The notes beneath the pieces are model-generated. The model was not told where the DNA came from and did not search any database. It saw only the letters and a list, made by a program, of their open reading frames with translations. The position numbers and the translations under genes were made by a program. Positions 10,565 through 21,291 of a stretch of 64,000 nucleotides of DNA are shown piece after piece (position 1 is the first letter of the stretch; each line of letters begins with the position of its first letter). This stretch comes from Cyanophora paradoxa CCMP329. Lineage: Eukaryota; Plantae; Glaucophyta. Location of the stretch: NCBI GenBank assembly GCA_004431415.1, contig QPMI01000647.1:1-64000 (forward strand), written 5' to 3'.

Positions 10565-10987
10565 ATTAAACCGGGAATTTCTAGTGCGGCCTCTCAGTGG
10601 ACACTAGAATGCCTAAGCTCATACCCTAAAGTGAATTCCCAATCAGCCTCAAAGGCTCTCCCGTTAGCTACCTCCTCGAAGCTAAATCGAATTTTATTTT
10701 TCAACCCCTAAGGTACCCACGCACACGCCCTCCGGCACGTAATAGCAGAGGGAAACGTGTAAAACGATTTTGGTACACGCACGGCAAAATCAGATCGATC
10801 TAGTGAGGGGAAGACGCTAAATACCCATGGAACCGCGGCCCGGAGCGAAGCGAAGTGGCCGTAAGCGGGGTCCATGGGTGTACAACATGCGTTTGTACAT
10901 ATAGAGCGGCATATACATGGAAGCTCGATCATCGAGGATAATGAATGGAATTGCCCGGCTGCCTCTAATCGATTATGGGATGCGCAG

Positions 10988-12699
10988 GAGGCGCTGGCGT
11001 ACTACTCGCGCTTCCAGATGGACACGAACGCCATCATCACGATGGCCGTAGTCGAGGGCTGGTGCGTGCTTAATTATATAAGCTTTGATTCGGGCTACTG
11101 TAAACTTGAAGACGCCCGAAAACTCTTAGTACTATCAGTATGCAGCACACTAAATATTTCTAGCTCTATTCGGATTCGGACTGCTTTGTTATCGATTCGG
11201 ACTGCTGTAAATATTAATCGCACCAAACCTTTTTAGTACTGTAAATATTTAATGTGCAGCGTACTTTATATTTCTAGTTCTGCTGCAGCAGCTTCATTCG
11301 GATCCGATATGTACCGATTATCCACGGCGACAATTGCGGTGCCGACACCGATGCTAGATACTAAACGTGGTTTTCTAGTTTCTAGTTCGACGGTTTCTCT
11401 ATCCTAAATATATACTATACTAATGCGCGCCAGGGCCTCGCTCCTGACGGGCCGCGACGTGCGGGCCGAGGCGCTGGTGGACCGAGCGCGGCGGGCATCG
11501 CTCGAGACGGCGCGCGGGGGCCTATGGACGAAGGAGACCGTCCGCATGCTCGACGCCGTCCTCAGGTCCGCGCACTTAGGCGTACCGAAATTCGTTCGAT
11601 CCCGAAATTCGTTCGATCCCGACGCCGTCCTCAGCTGGCGGGCCGGCGACGTGCCCGCCGCCGCCGCCGCCGTCGAGGCGACGCTCGCCTTCTGGCGCAC
11701 CCAGGTCCGTCGGGATCGAACGATTTTCGGGATCGAACGATTTTCGGGATCGACGCCGTCGCAGCCTTTTGCTGAGCGTGGTCGCCGCGCGCGCAGGTCG
11801 CCACTGCAATCTGGAACTGCATGCGTGCGCTCCGGATACCCGCCCCGCCCCGCCCCGCCCCGCCCGTGCTTCGGCTATGAACCATGAACCGCCCCGCACG
11901 CAGCGGCGATGCTAATCGCTCTGGACTTTGCGCTCTGGTGGCGGTGGGACTCGCGCCGCCGCCTGGCGGCCCTCGAGCCGGGGCGCCCCGCGGCCGCGGC
12001 CGCCCGCCCCGATCGAGATCGAGAGCCGCTCCTGCGGCGCCTCCTCTGCCTGGGCCCCCGCCGCCCACGCCGCCCCGCCTCCGCTGTCTTTCCCGCTCCG
12101 GTCGGGCGGCGCCCGAGCCTCGCGGCCAACTCCAGCACCTCGTCCTCCTTCTTCTTCTTCGCCGGCCCCCGCCGCTCCAGCCTCGCCACCACCTCCTCCA
12201 CGCGCCCCCCGAGCTCCAGCGCCGTCCACGTGCACCCCGCGGCCAGCGCCGACGGCGATACCGACGGCGCCGACGCGGCGCCGGTGCCGATGCCGGCGCC
12301 GGTGGCGACGCCCGTCACGGCGGAGGCGGCCGCGGCGGAGGCGGCGCGCGCGGCGGCCCTCGCCCGCACCGCCGTCGGCCTGGTCGAGCGGATGGCGCCG
12401 CGCTGGCTCCCCGCCCTCGCCCCTTCGCGCAGCTCGCGCGAGCGCTGGACCCCGACGCGCCGGCCCCGCGGCGCCTGTCGCTCCTGCGGACCGCCCGGGA
12501 CGCCTTCGTGCGGGGCGGCCTGCAGCCCTGGGTCGCCCTGTCTTCACTCTGGCTCGCCCGCTGCGAGCCCGAGCCCGACGACGCGGCGGAGGCGGCGGCG
12601 GCGGCGCGCCGCGTCGCCCGCGAGACGGGCCTCCGACTCCCGCCAGCGAAGACGGGGGCCAAGAGGGGTACCGACGAGTACATCTCCCTCTGGGTGTAG
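10988..12699 (+). CDS. Host multi-exon hypothetical gene (5' part uncertain)
   Basis: GC-rich exon-like segments (EALAYYSRFQMD..., ASLLTGRDVRAE..., LIALDFALWWRW...) separated by GT..AG introns. Confidence 0.4.
11586..11753. repeat. 17-bp tandem units (TTTCGGGATCGAACGA-type) in inverted orientation on either side of a small exon; related 18-bp units at 14359-14409
   Basis: CGAAATTCGTTCGATCC x2 at ~11587 and CGGGATCGAACGATTTT x2.5 at ~11711. GATTCGGGATCGACCGAA x~3 at ~14360. Confidence 0.75.
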
Positions 12700-13379
12700 C
12701 TTGTGTCTAAATATAGCTAGCTCCATATTAACGCGGGGGCGCGCGCCCCGTCTCCCGCCGACGTAGTCTAGATCTTCCAATTTGCAGGTCTCTTCTCGAT
12801 CAGTACTAGTACCGTAAGTAGTACGTCGATCCTTTTTTTATTGTCGTTTTTTTCGGCTCTTTAATTTGTCTGGTCGTTCTTCGTACTCTTAATCTTGTCT
12901 TAGTTATTTTGCTTTTTTTTTGTCCCTGTGCCCCTTGGCAGCCCCCGCAGTGCTGGTGTCTAGAGCCTGTGGCCGGTAACTCACCAAAAACAAAAAAAGA
13001 GGAATGCAAATCGCCTCTTGCGCAGTTTGATTTCCGCGCCCCCTGCGCATGCGCAATTTCGCGGTAGAATTTATGCGAGAGAATTAGGTCCCTCGCGGGT
13101 GTGGCGGAGGCGCTAGGCGTGCTTCCGTTCAAGAAGCGGCGGCGTCCCCCGTTCGCGGGGCGCAGAAATGCGCGCGCCTCGCGGGCGCTGTCGTACGTCA
13201 GTTCCCGTGCGCATGCGCAATTTCGCGCAGTCTCGCGCCATGGATTCGGAGCCCTCGCCTGTATGCATGCCACAGGCCGGCGAGGCCCTCGCGAAAGGAT
13301 CCAGACTCGAGCGGGGCGAGTTGAACAGTTGAACCAACATGTGCAAGAAAATTTAAAGAGACCAATACTGTAACCACTA

Positions 13380-14720
13380 CATACAAGGGATCACCCGGCC
13401 GTTCACAGGCTAGGGCGGCGAGGGGACGTCGGCGGGGCGGAGGCCGAGGGCGTCCCGCAGCCCGAGCGCCGCCCCGCCCCGCCGGCCCCGCCCTCCCCGC
13501 CGCATCGAGAAGCGCCCCCGCGACCTCCACGTACCCTTTCTGCTCTGTTTTCGGTGCGGGAAAGAGCGGCGGGCGACTGCGCGGGCGCACGCGGCAGGCG
13601 ATGTGGAGGGCGTCGCGCCGAACTTGTCCTGCGCGCAGAGCGCGGCGGCCGCCTGCGGCGAGTCCAGCATCGCCCGGAGGAGCGCGCCGACCTTGCCGCC
13701 CATCGCCGCGACGTGCAGCTGCGGGCGGGCGGGGGAGCGTGAGGCGCGGGGGCCGTCGGCAGAGGCCGACAGATCGGAGCGCGCACGGGGGTGCGGCCGG
13801 CGGCGTCGGGGGCGAGCAGGTCGGAGGCGGCGACGAAGGCGCGGGCGGCCTCCTCCAGATCGCCCCGCGCGCCCGCCCACTCCTCCCGCAGCTGCCGCGC
13901 GTGGGCGTGCAGCGGCGTCTCGCCGGCGACATTGCGGAGGGCGGCCGCCGCGGGGCACGCCCCCGCGAGCTCCCGCAGGAGGGCGAGGCCCCAGGGCCCC
14001 TGAAGGCGGCGCTCAGGTGAAGCGCCCCGTTCCCCTCCGCATCCTGCGCCCCGCTCGGCGGTCTGGGGCGAAGGGGGCAAGGGGCGGGCGGGCGGGGCAG
14101 GCCTGGGCGGCGGGGTCCGAGTGCGGGAGGAGGCCCCGGGCGACGGCGAAGCGGCCGGCACGGCAGGCGAGCATCAGCGGCGTCCGCCCTGCCCGCGCCG
14201 CGCCTCAGAATCAGCAGAATCAAGGGCAGGGGCGGGCGGGCGGGCCTTCGGGATCGCGGAGGGCGCAGGCGGCGCGGGATCGCCCAGGGCGGCGAGGGCG
14301 GCGGGCAGCGCGTCCTCGCTCAGCGTCGTCGCCGCCTGCCGCACAGCGAGGAACAACGGATTCGGGATCGACCGAAGATTCGGGATCGACCGAAGATTCG
14401 GGATCGACGGTGCACGCACGTAGTGGATCGGCGCCAGGCCGAGCGCGTCGAAGAGCTCCGCGCGGGCGCCCGCGCGTGCAGCATCTCGACAACCTTCAAC
14501 CGCAGGTTCCTCCGTAGCTCGCGATCGCGGCTGCGTGATCGCGAATCCGCTTTTTCGCTGGTCTCGCTTGGGGAGGCGGTGGCGAGGAAGACGGGGGAGG
14601 GCTGGCCGGGCGGGGCGCGGTGCACGTCGACCCCGGGGCCTCCAGCAGCAGCTCCGCCGTCCCCAGTCCCGCTCCGCGCACGCGTGCCACAGCGCCGTCC
14701 TGCGCAGGCGTCAGCACCTT
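13380..14720 (-). CDS. Host ankyrin-repeat protein (multi-exon, approximate limits)
   Basis: QDAEGNGALHL, RNVAGETPLH, DAAGRTP/LHVAA, QDKFGATP and GYVEVAGALL ankyrin motifs across exons. Confidence 0.7.
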
Positions 14721-14863
14721 GGCAGATCGTTTGGTGGGCTGTTAGAAATTGCGCACCGCCCGTCCGACGAAGCCGCGTTCACGTCGACTTCGGGCCGGCT
14801 CAAAAACAGCTGCGGCCAAGATACACAGGCTTTGAGTCAGGCGGTCTAAGAGCAAAGGGAACT

Positions 14864-16770
14864 TTAGCGCCCGCAGATCAATATTCGAACCTTGATCGCA
14901 TCGGACCACAATTTCTCGGTCTCGCTGTCCGGCCCGTACTTGGAGAGCACCTTGGCCTTGCCTCTAACGGCGAGGTAGAGGGGCGCGTTCCCGTCCCGGT
15001 CCGCGAGGCCAGCGTTTAGCTCCGGCCGCTCTAGAAGGGGGTATAAGCAAAGTATTTTAGATCTAGATATCTTGCACGCACCGAACAACTTCGACAGCGT
15101 CTCGAATAATATGTAGTCGTACGCACGCATTGCTAGATCCTCGTTGAGGAGAACGTGCAGCGGGGTCAGGCCTTCGTTGTTGACGGCGTTCACGTCGGTG
15201 GAGCGCTCGAGGACGGCGAGGAACGTCGGGGTGTCCGTGCGGACGGCGTAATGCAGGGCCGTGCAGCCGTACTGGTCGCGGGCGTTCAGGTCGAGCCCCG
15301 GGACCGACAAAGTCACGTGCCACATGCACGCGATGCGGCTGCCCTCGGCCTCGTCGTACTCTTTGTGCTGCGCCTGGGCGGCCTGCTGTCTCATGTAGGA
15401 GGCCACATCGCTGAACGGAGCGTTCGCTTGGGGGCGGCGATCGGGACTGGAAGCGTCGTCCGTGCAGCGAAAGGCGCTGGGCCCTGCAGACGCGCTGGTG
15501 CCAGCTGCAGGCTTGAGCGACGGGAAGGCGTGGGCGGGGTCGGCCCCGGGGAGCGCGAGGAGGGCCCGGACGAGGCCCATCGCCCCAGCCTCGACGGCCT
15601 CCCGCAGCAGCTTCGCCGCCGTGTCGCCCCACTCGATCGCGCCGGCCTCCACCAGAGCCAAGATGCCGCCCTCCAGCCGCTTAAACTTCGTCCCCGAACA
15701 CCGGGACAGGAAGTGGCACCAGTACTGCTTGACCGCGCGGTCGAGGGGCGAGATGCCCCGCCGGTCTGCGGCGCCCTCAGCTCGTCAAAACTCGTAAATC
15801 ATTATAATTATCTCAATGGGGCCTAAAGCTAAAATTATTCCATGAACGATGCATATCGATGCCCGGCCCTTTCAGACTCCGGGGCCAACTTCGGGCACCT
15901 TTGACATGGATGAGGCTCGGGTGGGCGCGCAGAAGCGCCCTCACGACCTCGAGACCGTGATCCTCGCCGCGCGTGCACGCGCGCATCGCGGCAAAGAGGG
16001 CGTTGTCCCCGTACCCGTTCTGGGCAGCCCTCGTTCAGATACATACGACGAGGAGAGCGAGCGCTGCTTGAAGGTAGCCGAAGAGAGATTAACTGCAAGC
16101 TTAAGCACCTGGAGAAAGGGGTCGGAGCCGAGGGCGAGAAGGACCGAGACGGCTGTTTCGTGGCCGCGTGCCGCGTGGGCGTGCAGTGGCGTCGCCCTCC
16201 GACGCGTCCAAGTCCGCGCGTTCGCGAGCGGCGCGAGCCCCAGCGAGCGCAGCCGCTGCGGCATTGGCGTGAGGGGCTGATAAATCAAATATGAGCATTT
16301 GCAATTGCCAGCTTAATATCAATCGCAAGCTCGAAGTTTGAGTTCTTGATTAGAAGGAACTCGAGCTCGCCACAGACCTTGGCAAGGTCGGCCGCGGTCG
16401 CTGGTCGCGGTCGCTGGATCAATTGCAAGTGAAGCGCAGTGGCGCCCTCGACATCCGCATTGGGCCCGCCGTCTCTGCCGTGTGCCAAAGTTCAAATAAA
16501 GGGACCTGTACGTCAGAAAGAGCAAGTTGCTTAGACCTATAGAACGCCTTGTTGGGGAGGAAGGGAAAGGGACTCCCCTGCAAATAGAGCCAAAGAGTCA
16601 GCTGCAGAGCAAACGGCAGCGCCCGGAGCCTGCGAGGGCGCGCACCCAGCGCTTGGCGGGGCTGGCGGCGAAGTAGGGGTACGGGTGGCACACGGCGGAC
16701 GTGTCGGCCCCCGCCTCCTTGAGGCGCCGGGCGAGGTCGAAATCGCCGGCCTCCACCGCCGCTGCAAATT
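14864..16770 (-). CDS. Host ankyrin-repeat protein (multi-exon, approximate limits)
   Basis: DLNARDQYGCTALHYAV, DVNAVNNEGLTPLHVLL, DRDGNAPLYLAV, TPLHAHAARGHETAVSVLLALGSDP and DVEGATALHL. Confidence 0.75.
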
Positions 16771-16933
16771 TATAAGTAGAGAAGTTCAGGCGGCTGGAAA
16801 GCGTCGCAGATTGGGCTGACCGAGAAAGGGCGTGCGGCCTTCGGCGTTGCGGGCCTCCAGGCCCGCGCAGGCGTCGCCCGGCATCTTGGCGAGCGCAGAG
16901 AAGAGCCGGTTGAAAGTTCCCGGATCCAGCGGT

Positions 16934-18838
16934 TTAGGGTCCAGTATCCTTTCGGGGCTCAGCTGCGCTTGCGTTCGTTAGGGTCCAAAGGAAAACGCAA
17001 GCACGGGGCGGGCCCAGGGCGGTGCGGGGCCGACGAACCCCGCCGAGGAGCTCGCGGTCGACGATCCTGATCTCCGCCCGCCTCTCGAAGCGTTCGAAGG
17101 CGGACTCGTATCTTCCCTCGGTCCAGAATGGCGAGCCTACACCTGAAAATCTGCAGCAAGGCGTTCGAAATGGTGTCGTCCCGCCAGGAGCTCGATGCAG
17201 CTGCTTCGCCAAATCTAGATCTAGATCTAGACGCACGCTTGCAGTCAAATTCTGCCAAGCGAACCTTTTCCACACTTCAATCAGCGATTCGTCCCTGTAA
17301 GTTCTTTTATCGAAGTCCAGGTCCTTCTTGAGCCGTACCTGTGCCAACTTTATGAGACAAAACAAGCTACTTGATCACGAACGGGCTTAAGCGCACGAGG
17401 TAGAGGTCGGCGAGGGACGGGTGCGCGTTGACGAAGTCGACGAGGAGGCCGTCCTTCACGTCCGAGTGCGACAGGTCCAGCGCCCGCAGCCGCGGGAGCC
17501 TGCACGCGCGACCCGTCGGACAGCGTTGACGAGCCCAGCTTGCACGAATGTTATACATGTTAATACGACTGCGCACCTCAACTCGGCGATGGGCAGCAGA
17601 ACGGACATGGAGTGCGCGCGAAGCTTTTCGTCTTCGTCAGATCGGAAGGAATAGGATTTCTTCTTCTTCGAGAAGAGACAGGCGACGAGTGTGTTTCTGC
17701 CGGAAAAGTGACCGGGGCTTGAGCACGAAAATTGCAATCGGGCGGGGGCGGGCGGGGTGCGGGGCGGACGAGAGGAACAGGCTCTGGAGGGTGGCCGAGG
17801 CGCCCGAGACGACGGAGCGGAGCGCGTCGGGTGTGATGATGACGTCGGAAAGGTTCAGAGTGACGAGGGATCGCAGGGGCGGCAGACTCCGGATGACGAG
17901 CTGCGACAAGCCATTCGGAAGTTAAGCAATCGGAGCACGATTCGACATCGCTGCGCACCGGATGAACGATTCCCAGCTCGTCTTGCCGCCTTCGGTCGCC
18001 GTAGGGGTCACGATCGTACTCCCCGTCCTCGCTCTGGTCCTCGCTGAAATGCTTGACGTCGTCGGCCCTCGGGACGCGCATGTGCGCCAGCGAGAGGTGC
18101 GTGAGATGAGGCGTCCTCGAGAGCACCTGCGAGCGATGGCCCCGGTCAGCTTGCAGTCCGATCCTTAGCTCCCATGGCCAGTTCCTCAGCTAGTCCTAGC
18201 CCAGGCCTTGATCATGAGCTTCTCTCACCACGTTCACGATTCGGGAGGTCTCTTCGGACCCGAGCTCGCGGAAGAAGAAGCCGCTGAGGCAGAGCCTACG
18301 GACGAGGTGGCCCGCGTGCTTCAAGCACGCGTCGACAAGCGGGAGATCGCTGTCCCGCTCGCGCGTCGCGCCCAGCTGCGCGGCGCGACGTCGGCGCGCG
18401 TCAGCGCTCGCGTGGAGATATGAGCGCCGAGGCGGAAACGGGGCTTGCCCCGAAATCGGGCTCCTCGAAGAGCGCCGCGTGCCAGCACATGCCCCGCAGG
18501 CGGCGCGAGGCGCCGCCCAGCGACCGGACGAGCCCGAGGACGCCCTCCGTCCGCGCGACCTCGCAGTAGACGGCGAGCAGGATGTCGTCTGCGGGCCGCG
18601 GGGCAGCGATCAGCGCGGCGTCGAGGGATGCGGCCCGCGGCAGCGGATGGGCGCTGAGCGGATGGGCGCCGGCGTGGAACGCACCTGGGAGGCGCTCGAG
18701 CGCGGACAGTGCCGCAGAGCTGCTCGGGCCCTCCGCCCGCGCGCTGCGCCGCCGGCTTTTGACAGGAGCCCCACACGCTGAAGTGGAGGCGCTCGCCGTG
18801 TCATTGGGCTCCGGCTGCTTCCGCTTCCTGAGCTGCAT
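16934..18838 (-). CDS. Host F-box/leucine-rich-repeat protein (multi-exon)
   Basis: LERLP/DDILLAVY...ASRRLR F-box-like N-terminus. LRR units: PHLTHLSLAH, SLVTLNLSD, TLQSLFLS and PRLRALDLSHSDV. Confidence 0.65.
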
Positions 18839-19529
18839 GGCGCCGACGAGCGCTGGCGGTGCAAAGAGCGGCCAGCCGGGTACGACCTCGCTGTCCGCGG
18901 CCGGGTACGTATACACGTGCATGCGCAGTGCAAGCCAGCAAGCTCAAGCTCGAGCCAGTGACGTTGACCAGGTCGCGTGGCCGGCGTGTGACCAGGTCGC
19001 GTCACACACAGACTCGCGTGACCGTCGGACCTTGGCCGCCGGCGCAGCAGCAGCAGCAGCAGCCAGCCTGGCAGCGGGCTCGAGCGAGGCGGAGGCGTCC
19101 AGCTCGAGCTCGGCGCCGGCGGCATCCAAGTCGAAGAAGCGGAAAGGCGGCGGCGAGCTGGCGAAGCTGATCTCTGAAACGTGGCAAGAAGTCAAGATCA
19201 CCGAGAGCCGGAGGCGGAGGGGGCGCCCGGAGGGCCGGGGCAGCGAGAGCGAGGCAAAGAGGGCGGAGAAGGAGCGGGCGAAGGCGGGGAGGAAGGCCAA
19301 GCGGGAGGAGCGGCGGGGGCGGGAAAAGGAGCGGGAGAAGGAGAAGTTAAGGCGACAAGCTGCACGGAGCCAGCGTGAGCGCGCCAGGTCTAGAGCGCGA
19401 GCTGCACGCGTCCAGAGCGGACTTGGCTTCAGCTAGCGATACTAGCTAGCGCGTCTAAGTATGCGCCTAGCGCACTGCATTCGAACGCGATATCGATTGC
19501 TTGCATTGGAACATGTACATCGTGAGGGG

Positions 19530-19825
19530 CTACCGGGGGAGGCGGGGCCGAGGCGGCGCCCGATCGGTCGCGGGCGGCGCGGCGGGCGCCGAGGAACCGC
19601 GCGGCCGGCGGGGCGAGGGCGGCGAGGGTGCGCGCCGCGCGGCCGGCGGCGCGGAGGGCGTCGGGGTCGCCCCACGCGCCCTGCGCGGCCCGCACGGCCG
19701 CGATCGAGGCGCGCATGAGGACGCGCAGCTCGGGCGCGAACGGCTGCCGCGCCGCCGCGTACGGCTTGACGGCTCCCTCCATCTGCGCGCACTCCTTGAC
19801 CCACTTGCTCCGTACCGCGTCCGGC
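19530..19825 (-). pseudogene. 3' tip of duplicated filamin-gene fragment, copy 1, separated from the rest by the Polinton insertion
   Basis: DAVRSKWVKECAQMEGAVKPY... matches the other three copies and continues at 31354. Confidence 0.85.
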
Positions 19826-20229
19826 AGCTCAGCACTGCGCCGTGTCTCCAAAAAAATACCCGCAAAAAAATCAAAAACAAATCAGAAAACAAACCATTCC
19901 CAGTAACCCAATCTTGAATATCAGTAAATCTCAGTAAGCCTCAGTAACAAAAATTTAATTAATCGACGTTATATCATAATCTCGATTAATTATATCTTAT
20001 CGCAGTTATATCTTTTTTATGCGCCGTGTCTCCAAAACAATTCCCAAGAAAAACAAACCATTCCCAGTAACCCTATTCGTATTCAACAGTAATCTCAGTA
20101 AGCCTCAGTAACAAAAATCGAATTTATCGAAGTTATATCTTAAATCTTATTTATCGAAGTTATATCATTATCTCGATTAATTATATTTAATCGAAGTTAT
20201 ATCCTTTTTATCCGCCGTGTCTCCCATGA
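19826..20229 (+). repeat. Left terminal inverted repeat (404 bp)
   Basis: AGCTCAGCACTGCGCCGTGTCTCC...CTCCCATGA is the reverse complement of 30950-31353. No mismatch seen by eye. Confidence 0.95.
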
Positions 20230-20230
20230 T

Positions 20231-21291
20231 TTAGCGTTTCGTTAAACCACTTCTCAAATTGTATCTCCTCCGAATTACATTACTCCGATTGGGTTTTATG
20301 CCTTCTTTTGCTACCAATCGATTCACTTTATTCGTTTTATTAACCTGCTGAATCCGTTTTTGTGATGGTATCTTAATGATATCATCTTTATTCACCTTTT
20401 GCAATTCTTGTTTCTTAAATCTCCTCTTCACTTCTTTTGTTTCCTCACCATCATTATCTTCAAGCACTTTGAAACGATTCCTATCAGCCTTTGCAACAGT
20501 GTAGACCTTCTGACTGAATTGCGCACCTTCTTTTTCAAACAATCCCTTTGGTTGCAAAACTCGAACTGTGTCTCCTGGTTTCACTTGATTAGTATCAGCC
20601 TCCTTTACACGATTGTTGTGAACAGTATCCCTCATGTAAATAAATAACTGTTTATCTTCATTTGTATACACTGCATTTGGAGAGTCATTTTTCAATGCAG
20701 AATGGGGACTGCCATTATACAAGTCAATTACATCACTAAGTAGATCGATCCATTTCGTGGTTCCCTTTGCTGTCATCGATTTTCTGAGATACTGTTTGAA
20801 AGTCCTAGTGAACCTATCAATTATCCCCAGTTTATCTCCTACTGTGATGTGGTCATCCTTTGCCACATCTGTGTATAGCATTACACCATGTTCACTGCAC
20901 CAATTTCGGTATACTGCCTGGGAAAACTCATTATCCCAGAGAGAGCATTAACTTTGCCTGCTTCTTGCTTGAACCTATTTAAAATGCTCGGGATCTCACT
21001 GCTGTTTTTAAAAGGATAAACAAATCCTTTGCGACTAAGTATGTCTACGAAACTAAGCATTTTGAAAATGCCATTGTTGGCAGTCTGAAACCCTCTGAAA
21101 TATGTTATATCGATTTGAAACGATCTAGGCTTTGCCACTATGCGAAGAAACGATTTGGGTTTCCTTGGTTTCTTGTAAATTTGCTGGAGTTCTGAGTTTT
21201 TGAACTTCTTTTTCAACTCTTTTTCATCAAAACTCACTTTTTCATTAATCAGTTTCTGCCTATACTTTTTGAATGATAATACACTATCCAT
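20231..21291 (-). CDS. Retroviral-like (rve) integrase of Polinton type, one frameshift at ~20936
   Basis: FQIDI, VDILSRKGFVYP, restored SGDNEF, IIDRFTRTFK, KWIDLLSDVIDLYNGSPHSAL and KPGDTVRV...FEKEG. Confidence 0.9.

Larger units (their letters stand above)
1..10710. mobile_element. Endogenous Polinton-like virus / virophage-like element, right part (left end outside window; right boundary approximate, ~10.6-10.98 kb)
   Basis: AT-rich, intronless, gene-dense block against GC-rich intron-containing host DNA. Encodes two penton-type minor capsid proteins, patatin, fibre proteins and HNH-AP2. No MCP, ATPase or integrase is visible in this part. Confidence 0.8.

Noticed and set aside
10575-10640. 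Hammerhead ribozyme upstream of HNH-AP2
   Set aside because: The minus-strand CTGAGAG does not match the CUGANGA core, and the required three-stem arrangement is not evident.
11586-14409. CRISPR-like or MITE interpretation of the CGGGATCGA repeats
   Set aside because: Only 2-3 contiguous units, no spacers and no clear TSD; these are intronic minisatellites.
19820-19825. 6-bp TSD (TCCGGC)
   Set aside because: Formally possible, but it would make the termini asymmetric. The 5-bp CCGGC gives perfect AG...CT inverted ends.
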